Shown one piece after another: positions 1 to 8,335 of a stretch of DNA of 41,732 nucleotides. The DNA comes from Acidothermaceae bacterium. GTDB taxonomy: Bacteria; Actinomycetota; Actinomycetes; Acidothermales; Acidothermaceae. The stretch spans positions 1 to 41,732 of the forward strand of contig DASRZB010000223.1 of the NCBI GenBank assembly GCA_035653855.1. The letters are read 5' to 3'. Numbering within the stretch: the stretch's first letter is position 1; each line of letters begins with the position of its first letter. The notes beneath the pieces were generated by a model, which was given only the letters and a program-made list of their open reading frames with translations, searched no databases and was not told the DNA's origin. A program made the position numbers and the translations under genes.

Positions 1-1093
1 CGTGGCAGTAGGTCCACAACGTGTGCTGTCCAGCGGGTGCGCGGGTTGGATCTACCACGCCGGCCTGGACGACAAGGACGTAGGGCCGCTCAGGGTGGCG
101 GCCCGATGCCACGTCGTCCTCGCTTTGCGCGACATCCTCGAACGTGCCGCCGACGTGCACGGTACCGGCACGCAGGCACGGCTCCGCCGTCCATGGCACT
201 GGCGCCGACAAGGCGAAGTCGACCTTGCATACCCCTGCCCCGTAACGGAAATTCCCAAGTGCGCGTCGGTACGCCGACGACAGGCGGTCGCTGCCGAGCT
301 CGATGAGCGACCGCGGTGTGACGTCGAGTAGCACCGCACCTGCCGGCGGCAACTCGTCGAGCGACGTCACCCATTGCTCGGTGAAGACAGCGCCACCGGC
401 ATCCTCGATGGATTTGACCATTGCTGCGATCAAGTTGCTCGATCCACCCTCGATGACCGGCCAGCCGACCGAGTGTCCGAGGATCGTCAGCAGCAGCGCG
501 ACCGCACCGCTCGGCGGCCGGCTCAGCTTCAACATCGAGTGCGCGGCGACACCTGCGAGCAGGCCGCGCGCTTCGTCGGTGCCAAAGTGCCGTGCCATGA
601 GGGACGCCGGTTGCAACGCCGCGAGCCCGAATCCGGCGACTCGCAGCGGATGTCGAGGTGGATGGCGCAGGTTCGACAACACGGTGTCGACGATGTCATC
701 GGCGTTGTGTACCGAGCGAGTGCACCAGCGGCGATAAGCGGCCGCGTCGGCACCGAGAGCGTCTGCGGTCTCGTCGACTGAGCGCACCACGTAGCCGGCC
801 CGACCGCCGTCGAGTGGGTGCGCGAACTGCACCTCGGGCTCGAGTATCCGGACCCCGTGCGACTGCAAGTTGAATCGACGAAAGAACGGTGAGGCGAGCG
901 CTAATGGGTGTGCCGCTGAGCACACGTCATGCCGAAATCCGGGCAGTGTCAGTTCTTCCGTTCGTGCGCCACCGCCGGGCGCAGCTGCACCTTCGTAGAC
1001 GTGCACCCGCAGGCCCGCGTCCGCAAGGGTGACAGCAGCAGCGAGGCCGTTTGGCCCCGACCCGACGACGATCGCGTCCGGAGCATCACCCAT
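1..1093 (-). CDS. NAD(P)/FAD-dependent oxidoreductase, phytoene-desaturase-like (CrtI/COG1233 type); C-terminal end lies beyond the left window edge
   Basis: Not in the ORF track because it runs off the edge. Manual minus-strand translation from ATG (1093-1091) reads MGDAPDAIVVGSGPNGLAAAVTLADAGLRVHVYEGAAAPGGGART..., a GxGxxG FAD/NAD fold. It stays open to base 1 (...HVGGTFEDVAQSE...RPYVLVVQAGVVDPTRAPAGQHTLWTYCH). The start overlaps the stop of the upstream ORF by 8 nt. Confidence 0.8.
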   Translation of the reverse strand, partial: MGDAPDAIVVGSGPNGLAAAVTLADAGLRVHVYEGAAAPGGGARTEELTLPGFRHDVCSAAHPLALASPFFRRFNLQSHGVRILEPEVQFAHPLDGGRAGYVVRSVDETADALGADAAAYRRWCTRSVHNADDIVDTVLSNLRHPPRHPLRVAGFGLAALQPASLMARHFGTDEARGLLAGVAAHSMLKLSRPPSGAVALLLTILGHSVGWPVIEGGSSNLIAAMVKSIEDAGGAVFTEQWVTSLDELPPAGAVLLDVTPRSLIELGSDRLSSAYRRALGNFRYGAGVCKVDFALSAPVPWTAEPCLRAGTVHVGGTFEDVAQSEDDVASGRHPERPYVLVVQAGVVDPTRAPAGQHTLWTYCH

Positions 1094-1901
1094 GCGGTCT
1101 GGCGCGCAACCGCCGGAACGGTGCTGTCACGATGCGTACTCCCGACTGGAACAGGCTGCGGATTGCTGCGTTGTGCCACACGTTAGTCCAGTGCCGCCAC
1201 TGTCGGCTGCTGTCGACACACACGACGTTAGCCTCAACCACCGGATCTGCGACCCCGAGGTGCCGCGCCACCGATGTCAGTGTGTGTTCCCAGAACTTGT
1301 TCTCCTTGCGATGGCCGCCGAAGATCAGCGCGAGCTCGTAGATCGGATCGTTTGCCCGCAGCAATACCTGCGCCTGCAAATTCGTCGTGCCCGTTGCTGT
1401 CCCCTCGGCACTAAACGTGATCCAGCCGGCGAACATGTGACCTTGAGGGGTCATGAACGTGAACGACTGCTCGTCGGCGTAGAGCACCATCACACCCGTG
1501 GACAGGCGTGGCGCGCCCGGTGCAAGAGACATGTCGATCAGAGCCACGTCGCCGGGATTAAGACCGGCCAAGCCACCCGCGAAACGGTTACCCTTCGGCC
1601 AGAAGTCGGCGAAGTGCGCACGCCATTCGCTGATCGCGTGTTCCGGAGTCACGTCACGTCCAAGCGACGTCACATAGGTCTTCTGCCACATCTTCCCGAA
1701 CCCCTGGATCGGTCCGGTGAGTCGGCGGCCCGCGACATTCGTGCCGCGCACGCCGTCGTGCTTCTCGACACTGAGCCGCTGTACGTTGGCCGCCCAGTTC
1801 TGGTGGTCGCTCCTCGGAGCGAGCGCACCTGGGGCTGCTGTTGATTCGACGGGGGTGCCCTTGGCGTCGGCGGATTTGAGGTCTGGCCTCTGCGTGTTCA
1901 T
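1086..1901 (-). CDS. conserved hypothetical protein, family not recognised (271 aa)
   Basis: Track ORF 1086..1952. I prefer ATG 1901-1899 (MNTQRPDLKS...) because GAGGA lies 5 nt upstream and it leaves a 10-nt gap to the STAS gene. Strong GC3 bias. The stop overlaps the start of the oxidoreductase gene. I could not assign any motif with confidence. Confidence 0.6.
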   Translation of the reverse strand: MNTQRPDLKSADAKGTPVESTAAPGALAPRSDHQNWAANVQRLSVEKHDGVRGTNVAGRRLTGPIQGFGKMWQKTYVTSLGRDVTPEHAISEWRAHFADFWPKGNRFAGGLAGLNPGDVALIDMSLAPGAPRLSTGVMVLYADEQSFTFMTPQGHMFAGWITFSAEGTATGTTNLQAQVLLRANDPIYELALIFGGHRKENKFWEHTLTSVARHLGVADPVVEANVVCVDSSRQWRHWTNVWHNAAIRSLFQSGVRIVTAPFRRLRARPHG

Positions 1902-1911
1902 GTCTTCCTCT

Positions 1912-2271
1912 TCACCTGGTGGTGAGGGCCGCGAGTGCGGCCGTTTCGTCATCGAAGATGGTGATGGCCTCGTCGAGCCGGGTCAGTTCGAAGATCTGCC
2001 TATAGTGCGGCGACAAGCCGTATGCCGAGAGTTGCTGCCGTTGCCGGTTCGTGCGTACAAGTAACGTCACGAGCATCCCGATCCCACCGCTGTTCATGTA
2101 TTCGAGGTCGGTGAAGTTGAGGACGACACGTTGCGTCTCGTTGCCGCTGACCTGCTGATATGCCGACATCAGAATCGGCTCGCATGCGGCGGTCACCTCA
2201 CCGGCAATGTCGACAACCGCAGTGCCGGTCGCTATGTGGCGTACATCCATGCTCACTGTTGGTGCTTCCAT
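1912..2271 (-). CDS. STAS-domain anti-sigma-factor antagonist (RsbV/SpoIIAA-like), paralogue B
   Basis: Track ORF 1912..2301 uses a TTG start. I prefer ATG 2271-2269 (MEAPTVSMDV...), which has GAGGGG 7 nt upstream. The stretch VVLNFTDLEYMNSGGIGMLV...GLSPHYRQIFELTRLDE is STAS-like and keeps the Ser at the usual phosphorylation position (NSGG). Confidence 0.85.
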   Translation of the reverse strand: MEAPTVSMDVRHIATGTAVVDIAGEVTAACEPILMSAYQQVSGNETQRVVLNFTDLEYMNSGGIGMLVTLLVRTNRQRQQLSAYGLSPHYRQIFELTRLDEAITIFDDETAALAALTTR

Positions 2272-2310
2272 GGTCTTGCCCCTCACGACGGAGACCGTCA
2301 AGTAAGTTGA

Positions 2311-2661
2311 TTAAGTGGTGATGGCGATGGCGTCGTCGACGTCTGCGAACATCTGGATGAAGTCGGACAGCCGGGTGATCTCGAAGATCTGGCGATAGTG
2401 CTCGGACAGTCCACTGGCGGCGACCGTGCGGTGTTCAGCGCGGGCCTGCGCAAGGATGCCCACGATCAAGGCAATACCGGTCGAGTTCATGTAGTCGACC
2501 GCGGTGAAGTCAAGGACGACACGACTTGCCATGTCAGGACCGAGCGTCCCTGCGTAGGCTGACTGCAGCGGTTGCGACGCGTTTGCATTGATCTCGCCGC
2601 GGATGACCAGGACGACGGTGTCCGGAAGCCGTCGAACATCTACTTCACAGTTGCTCGGCAT
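2311..2661 (-). CDS. STAS-domain anti-sigma-factor antagonist (RsbV/SpoIIAA-like), paralogue A
   Basis: 116-aa ORF. The stretch VVLDFTAVDYMNSTGIALIVG...GLSEHYRQIFEITRLSD is STAS-like with a conserved Ser (NSTG). The start overlaps the RsbW-like stop by 17 nt. Confidence 0.85.
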   Translation of the reverse strand: MPSNCEVDVRRLPDTVVLVIRGEINANASQPLQSAYAGTLGPDMASRVVLDFTAVDYMNSTGIALIVGILAQARAEHRTVAASGLSEHYRQIFEITRLSDFIQMFADVDDAIAITT

Positions 2662-3133
2662 GTTGCTCTCCTTCGTTGCCGTCTCCGCCCGTGCGCATCG
2701 TCAACCGCACGGTATGTAAGGTGCCGTGCGTCGACACCTCCATGCCGTCGACCATGTTCTGCAAGAGGAACAAGCCCCAACCGCGTGGTCGCTGTTCACC
2801 GCGCAACTTCAACTCGCTGTCGGGCACCTCGCGCTCGACATGGTCGGCGCGATCCCCACCCCTGTCGGTGATTGTGACCGCGATGGCGTCGAGCGTTCGC
2901 ATCACGGAGATGTCGACCGGGATCTCCGCGCGGTTCTCGTTCCCGTGCTCGATTGCGTTCATCGTGGCTTCGGCGACTGCGGTCTTGAGCCGCTCCATCT
3001 GATCGGTCGTCAACCCGCAGTCGGCTGCTGCGGCAGCGACTTCGCGCAGTGCTACTCGCTCGTTTCCGGGCTCGCTCGCTACGGTGAATGCCGCGAGCAG
3101 TTGCGGCGTTTCCTCCGCCCGGTTGCTGGTCAT
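2645..3133 (-). CDS. RsbW/SpoIIAB-like anti-sigma regulatory Ser/Thr protein kinase (HATPase_c)
   Basis: Track ORF 2645..3250. I prefer ATG 3133-3131 (MTSNRAEETPQ...), which forms an ATGA overlap with the phosphatase stop. Motifs: AVAEATMNAIEHGN (N-box), ITDRGGD, GWGLFLLQNMVD (G-boxes). Confidence 0.85.
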   Translation of the reverse strand: MTSNRAEETPQLLAAFTVASEPGNERVALREVAAAAADCGLTTDQMERLKTAVAEATMNAIEHGNENRAEIPVDISVMRTLDAIAVTITDRGGDRADHVEREVPDSELKLRGEQRPRGWGLFLLQNMVDGMEVSTHGTLHTVRLTMRTGGDGNEGEQHAEQL

Positions 3134-4386
3134 GATCGATCCCCGAGATCGACGAACCGTGAACCGCCGGTGCGCTGAAGGCTGACCAGCGTGATGTCGT
3201 CTTCTTGCTCGTGTTCTGGCCCGGTGAACCGGTCGAGTTCGGACAGGCATAGATCGATGAGCGCCTCACCCGAGAGCCCGCGGCCGACCACTTCACCGAC
3301 GCGGGGAAAGCCGAACATCTCCCGGCTGGGACTGTGCGCCTCTGCGAGCCCGTCGCTGTGCAGCAGTAGGCAATCGCCGGTTTGCAGCTCGGCGGTCTTC
3401 TGCTCGTACTCCATGCCGGTCATGAGACCGAGCGGCATGCCTCGCGCCTTGAGTTCCACCACGCCGTCCGCCGTACGTAGGAACGGTAGGTCGTGGCCCG
3501 CGTTGGCGTATTCGATCGCGCCGCTCTTGGGATCGAGCAGCAGCGCGAGGCACGTCACGAACATCGCGTTGGGCATGTCGTGGCAGAGCAGGTCGTTGAC
3601 GTGGGCCAGCACGGCGCCCGGTGAGGTCAGCTCGGGTGCAGTCGATCGAAGAAGTGAGTGAGTACTGGCCATGACGAGGGCGGCAGGGACGCCCTTGTCG
3701 GTGACGTCGCCGACCACGACCATGACCCGGCCGTCGCGCAACGGGATGAAGTCATAGAAGTCGCCACCGACCTGGCGTGCGGGCCGGTAGAACGCGGCCA
3801 CCGTCCAGCTGGGCAAGTCAGGCAGTTCCTTGGGCAGGAACTGTTGCTGGATGAGCTGCGCGACCTTGAGTTCCTGCTCGATGCGCTCGCGCTGGCGGGC
3901 TTCGGCCTGCTGCTCGAGCACGAGTTGGCCGACCCGGATCGCCGGTGCCGCGTGCCCCGCGAGGGAGTCGAGGAGGTGCCGGTCGTCCGTTGAGTAGTCA
4001 CGCTCGGAAAGCCGGGGGCCTAGATGAAGTAGCCCAATCAATTCGCCGGACGAGACGAGCGGGACGACGAGGACCACGCCAGCTGCCCGCATGGCCGCAA
4101 GCCCGGGGGAGTCGAGGACGAGATCGGTGATGTCGACTGGCCCGTCGGCGCTCTGGCAGTAGCCGAGGATCGGATCGTTCTGGGCAATCTCGAACGACGG
4201 CCCAGCGTGAACCGGAGCGGCTGTGTCGGGCAGCAGCGTTGCTCCGGTGCGTCGCCGCAGGCGGGCTAGCCGAGAACGGCGGGCGTCCTGGTCGGGAAGC
4301 GGATCCAAAGCGCCCATGACGCTGACCTCTGTGAGATCACCCTCGGTGTCGGGCGCGGCGTGGTGCGACAGCAGGGACTCGGCCAT
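3130..4386 (-). CDS. PP2C-family (SpoIIE/RsbU-type) Ser/Thr phosphatase with N-terminal GAF-like sensor domain
   Basis: Track ORF 3130..4701. The C-terminal half has AQLIQQQFLP...GGDFYDFIPLRDGRVMVVVGDVTDKGVPAALVM...LLLHSDGLAEA (SpoIIE PP2C). It is preceded by a GAF-like stretch (VVPLVSSGELIGLLHLGPRLSERDYSTDDRHLLDSLAGHAAPAI). The start is uncertain. I chose ATG 4386-4384 (MAESLL...) because GC3 bias weakens upstream of it and this leaves a divergent promoter region. Starts at 4542 or 4584 remain possible. Confidence 0.8.
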   Translation of the reverse strand: MAESLLSHHAAPDTEGDLTEVSVMGALDPLPDQDARRSRLARLRRRTGATLLPDTAAPVHAGPSFEIAQNDPILGYCQSADGPVDITDLVLDSPGLAAMRAAGVVLVVPLVSSGELIGLLHLGPRLSERDYSTDDRHLLDSLAGHAAPAIRVGQLVLEQQAEARQRERIEQELKVAQLIQQQFLPKELPDLPSWTVAAFYRPARQVGGDFYDFIPLRDGRVMVVVGDVTDKGVPAALVMASTHSLLRSTAPELTSPGAVLAHVNDLLCHDMPNAMFVTCLALLLDPKSGAIEYANAGHDLPFLRTADGVVELKARGMPLGLMTGMEYEQKTAELQTGDCLLLHSDGLAEAHSPSREMFGFPRVGEVVGRGLSGEALIDLCLSELDRFTGPEHEQEDDITLVSLQRTGGSRFVDLGDRS

Positions 4387-4641
4387 CAGGACCCCACTCT
4401 GAAACTGCAGGGAGAGGGCAGTACGGAAGGCGACCAGCGTAGAACCGTGGGCGGCACATCTGCGCAGATCCGCTCCATCAGTTCCTCCCCGGCTGGGTCG
4501 GTTCTCCGTCACCGAGCCGGTACGTCCTATCGGCTCGTCCATGATTACTTTGGCGGCGCAGCGTTCCGAAAGCGTTACGGTCATCGCGAGATTCCGGACT
4601 ACCGTCACAGTCAGCCGTTGAAGGACCTCGGAGGGCGCCAG

Positions 4642-7461
4642 GTGCTGAGCGTGGCCCTGCTCGGGCCGCCACACATCGAGTACGACGGTCGCCCGGTCCA
4701 TTTCGACACGCGGAAGGCCGTCGCTCTCCTGGCGCTTGTCTCGATGGCCGAGCAGCCACTCAGCCGGGATCGGTTGGCCGTGATGTTGTGGCCGGACTCT
4801 GACGACGAGCGGGCGCGGGGCGCGTTGCGGCGCACCGTCTCGGTGACGGCGGCGGGCGTGGGCGACGCACTCGTCGTCAGCCGCACCACGATCGCCTTGG
4901 ACGAAAGCTTGGTAAACGTGGATGCCGTGGAGTTCCGGCGGCTCCTCACAGCCGGTGATGTCGGTGCTTTAGGCAAGGCGTGTGCGTTGTACCGCGGCGA
5001 CTTCCTGACCGGGTTCGCCGTGCGCGACAGCCCGGACTTCGACGACTGGCAGAACTCGACCGCTGATGATTTGAGACAGCGCCTGAGCACCGCGCTCGAG
5101 GTACTTGTCAGGGCACGGGTCGCGGACGGCGAACTGGACGAGGCGCTGGAACTCGCGCGTCGCTGGGTGGCGCTCGATGTGCTTCATGAGCCTGCCCAGC
5201 AGGCGACCATTCGCATACTTGCCATGACCGGTCAGCGGGCGGCGGCACTTCGTCAGTACCGCGAGTGCGTGCGAGCACTTGCGGACGAACTCGGGGTGGC
5301 ACCGCTGCGCGAGACCACCGCGCTGTATGACGACATCCGCTCGGGTCGACTTGCAGGGTCGATGAAACCGGCACCGCTCGCCGTCCGACCCACTGTTGCT
5401 GCGTTGCCCCCGTCTGAGGTGGCCGACGACTTCGTCGGAAGGGCTACTCAGCTGGCGGCGTTCGAGTCGGCCCTGCTGACTGAAGGCGCGAAGGGTCGGT
5501 TCATTGCCCTTGTTGGGGAAACAGGTTCGGGTAAGACGCGTCTTGTCGCCGAGTTGGCCGCGCGGGCCAGTCGAGTCGACACGCAGGCCTTCGTCGTTCG
5601 GGCACACCAGGGCGAGGCGAACCTGCCATTCACCGTGCTTACGGACCTTCTTGTGCAGGTCCTTCGTCGCCAGCCGGCAATCGCCGACAGCCTCCCGCCG
5701 CACGTCGCGCTCGAGGTTGCCCGGCTCGTTCCGGGCTTCTCCTTAGGGGCGCCGGACCCGGTAGAGGCTGTCACGAGTACGGCCGGCTTGACCAGGCTGT
5801 TCAGCGCTGTGGCGACCATGCTCGTTGCCGCCACGCCTCCGCCGGGCCGCCCGGCTGTGTTCGTTATCGATGACACGCACTGGGCAGACGATGCGACCTT
5901 GAGCGTGCTCGGCTATCTCATCAATCGGCTGGCTGAGTTGCCGATCCGCCTCGCGCTGACGTGGGCGCCGGAAAATGCGGGACGCCTGGCTGGTCTGCGC
6001 GCCACCGTCGCGGACGCGGTTACCGATGGCGTCGCATCCGTTATTCCGATCGAGCCGTTTGGGGTTACCGAGATCGCAGCACTGCTGGCGTCGTCGTCGA
6101 CGCAACTCGACTCGGCACGCCTCCTTGCTGAGACGCGGGGCTTGCCGTTGCTCGTCGTGGAGTACATCCGGGCAGCCCAAGACGGCATGGTCGACAGTCC
6201 GCCTGCTGGCGTTCGTGGCCTGCTCGAAAGCCGCATCGATGCTGTGCAAGAGACCACGGTTCAGGTCGTGTCGGCGGCGGCCGTGCTGCAGGGCAGGTTC
6301 GACGCCGACCTGGTTCGGTCGGTGAGTGGACGCAGTGACGCCGAAACCTCGGATGCGCTCGACGAGGCGATCCGCTACCGGTTGCTCGAAGAGAGCTCAG
6401 CTGGGGCCGAAGGCGTTGCTTACGACTTTCCGTTCGAGGCCCTGCGTCGCGTAGTTTTCGAACGGACGACGTTTGCGCGACGTCGGTTGCTGCACGGCCG
6501 CGCCGCCGATATGTTGTCGCGCCGTCACGACCGAGACTCTTCGGCGTCCGTCTCGGCGGCAGTGGTCGCGCATCATTTCGAGCAATCCGGACGGGACGCC
6601 GAAGCTGCTACCTGGTGGTGGCGTGCGGCTGCGCGATCGCGTGCGCTTTATGCGCACGAGCAGGCGTACTCCGACCTCGCACGCGCGCTCGCGTTGGGCT
6701 ATTCACCGGCGGATGTCTGGGCGTCGACCGGTGATGTGCTTGTTGCGCTCGGCCGCTACACAGAAGCAATCGGTGCGTACGAGAGCGCCGCGGGCTTGGC
6801 CTCTGATGCCTCGTTCAGTGCCGGTGTCGAGCACAAGCTCGCGGAAGTGCATCACCGCCTGGGCGACTGGGCGGTTGCTGATGACCACCTGCGCGCGGCG
6901 CTCGAGCTGCTGTCCGAGGACGCGCCCGTGGAATCGGGTGCGCTACTGGCCAGGATCAGCGCGGACCGCGCACTGCTCGCCTACCGGCGCGGCGATGTCG
7001 TGGCTGCCCGCGAGCTCGCCTCCGGCGCCGTGACGATGGCCGAGCCTGTTCAGGACGCAATGGCGACTGCCCAGGCCCTCGACGTCCTTGGCATGGTGGC
7101 AGCGGCAACCGGTGACCTTGTTACTGCCGAATCCAGTTTGCGAGGCAGCATCGAGCAGGCGCGCACGTTGCTCGACTCCGGGGTTGCGGTGGCGGCGTTG
7201 AACAACCTCGCGCGGGTGCTTGCCGACCTCGGTCGACGCGACGAGGCGTTGGACACGGCGCACGAGGCGCTTCGTCTCGGAGCCGAGCGGGCCGACCAGC
7301 ACCGGCTCGCCGCGCTGCACACCAATCTTGCCGACTTGCTCCACGTCGCTGGTGATGAGGATGCGGCACTCGAGCACCTCAAGGAAGCCGCTCGGCTGTT
7401 CGCTGCCGTCGACACCGGAGGCGAACCGAGAGCCGAGGTGTGGACGCTCGTCGAGTGGTGA
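4642..7461 (+). CDS. SARP-family (AfsR-like) transcriptional regulator: winged-helix + BTAD + P-loop NTPase + TPR-like repeats
   Basis: LLGPPHIEYDGRPVHFDTRKAVALLALV... (OmpR-type wHTH). ALYRGDFLTGF...RQYRECVRALADELGVAPLRETTALY (BTAD). GETGSGKT (Walker A). The C-terminus is Ala/Leu-rich and TPR-like. I moved the start from the track's 4360 to GTG 4642, which has GGAGGG 6 nt upstream and removes the overlap with the divergent phosphatase gene. Confidence 0.85.
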   Translation: MLSVALLGPPHIEYDGRPVHFDTRKAVALLALVSMAEQPLSRDRLAVMLWPDSDDERARGALRRTVSVTAAGVGDALVVSRTTIALDESLVNVDAVEFRRLLTAGDVGALGKACALYRGDFLTGFAVRDSPDFDDWQNSTADDLRQRLSTALEVLVRARVADGELDEALELARRWVALDVLHEPAQQATIRILAMTGQRAAALRQYRECVRALADELGVAPLRETTALYDDIRSGRLAGSMKPAPLAVRPTVAALPPSEVADDFVGRATQLAAFESALLTEGAKGRFIALVGETGSGKTRLVAELAARASRVDTQAFVVRAHQGEANLPFTVLTDLLVQVLRRQPAIADSLPPHVALEVARLVPGFSLGAPDPVEAVTSTAGLTRLFSAVATMLVAATPPPGRPAVFVIDDTHWADDATLSVLGYLINRLAELPIRLALTWAPENAGRLAGLRATVADAVTDGVASVIPIEPFGVTEIAALLASSSTQLDSARLLAETRGLPLLVVEYIRAAQDGMVDSPPAGVRGLLESRIDAVQETTVQVVSAAAVLQGRFDADLVRSVSGRSDAETSDALDEAIRYRLLEESSAGAEGVAYDFPFEALRRVVFERTTFARRRLLHGRAADMLSRRHDRDSSASVSAAVVAHHFEQSGRDAEAATWWWRAAARSRALYAHEQAYSDLARALALGYSPADVWASTGDVLVALGRYTEAIGAYESAAGLASDASFSAGVEHKLAEVHHRLGDWAVADDHLRAALELLSEDAPVESGALLARISADRALLAYRRGDVVAARELASGAVTMAEPVQDAMATAQALDVLGMVAAATGDLVTAESSLRGSIEQARTLLDSGVAVAALNNLARVLADLGRRDEALDTAHEALRLGAERADQHRLAALHTNLADLLHVAGDEDAALEHLKEAARLFAAVDTGGEPRAEVWTLVEW

Positions 7462-7467
7462 GGGTCC

Positions 7468-8073
7468 TCAGCGAACGACGCGGTACCGGACGTGTGTCGC
7501 GTGCGGCGAGTACGTGACATCCACCTGCGTGAACTCGGGATCGTCGACGCCGTCGAACAAACGCTCCCCGCTGCCGAGCAATGCTGGCCCGATGTCGAGC
7601 GTGATCTCGTCGATGGCACCCGCGGCGAACGCCTGCCGGATCGTCGACGCGCCGCCGGCGATCCGGATGTCGGCGCCCGCAGCGGCGTCCTTCGCTTGGT
7701 CGAGGGCAGCAGCGAATCCGCCCGTGGCGAAGTAGAACGTGGTGCCGCCGTCCATCTCGATTGGCTCGTGCGGGTAGTGGGTGAGAACGAACACCGGTGA
7801 GTGGTACGGCGGGTCGTTTCCCCACCAGCCTCGCCAATCGGCATCCCACTCACCGCGGATCGGGCCGTACATGTTGCGGCCCATGATGACCGCCCCGAGC
7901 GTCCGCATCAGGTCATCGCGCGCGGCGACGTCGCCCTCATGGGTCGGACCGTCCCCGAAGTGCCACTGATGCAGCTTGAGACCACCCACACCGATCGGGT
8001 TCTCAAGACTCTGGTCCGGTCCGGCGATGAAGCCGTCGAGGGAGATCGACACGTGACAGGTAACAAGGCTCAT
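7468..8073 (-). CDS. dihydrofolate-reductase-like (RibD C-terminal domain) family protein
   Basis: 201-aa ORF: MSLVTCHVSISLDGFIAGPD...VIMGRNMY...IRIAGGASTIRQAFAAGAIDEITLDIGPALLGSGERLF. This is the typical RibD_C/DHFR-like pattern. It converges on the SARP gene with only 6 nt between the stop codons. Confidence 0.8.
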   Translation of the reverse strand: MSLVTCHVSISLDGFIAGPDQSLENPIGVGGLKLHQWHFGDGPTHEGDVAARDDLMRTLGAVIMGRNMYGPIRGEWDADWRGWWGNDPPYHSPVFVLTHYPHEPIEMDGGTTFYFATGGFAAALDQAKDAAAGADIRIAGGASTIRQAFAAGAIDEITLDIGPALLGSGERLFDGVDDPEFTQVDVTYSPHATHVRYRVVR

Positions 8074-8335
8074 AGACGTTCAGACTACGGAGGCGGCTCG
8101 AACTCATCGGTCCGCGGCATTCGCCTCTACGGGTGTACCGCCTCTCCCGGCTGGCATCCAGATCCGAGCAAGCGCAACTCGCACTCCGTCACGGCGATCG
8201 GTGTCATCCCCGTCATGCTGTCGATTCGCGCGATCAAGGCCAAGGAGACTTTGGCGCCGGCCGCCGTGGCTGCGGCGGTCATCGCTGTGCTGGTCGCTTT
8301 CGTAGCGCTCCACTGACAACCCGTAGGCTGTCTCG

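Noticed and set aside
4612-4627. CAGCCGTTGAAGGACC resembling the left arm and spacer of the 36-bp operator (TAGCCGTTGAGGTCC)
   Set aside because: There is no matching right arm (AACGGCTA) downstream. It overlaps the RBS region of the SARP gene and is probably a chance resemblance.
4360-4641. N-terminal extension of the SARP ORF given by the track (start 4360)
   Set aside because: It would overlap the divergent PP2C gene. Family-like sequence begins only at VLSVALLGPP, and GGAGGG precedes GTG 4642.
7459-7470. TGAGGGTCCTCA palindrome formed by the two convergent stop codons (SARP and DHFR-like genes)
   Set aside because: It is only a 5-2-5 palindrome made of the stop codons themselves, too short to act as a terminator. 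Noted only because the convergent genes have no room for terminators.
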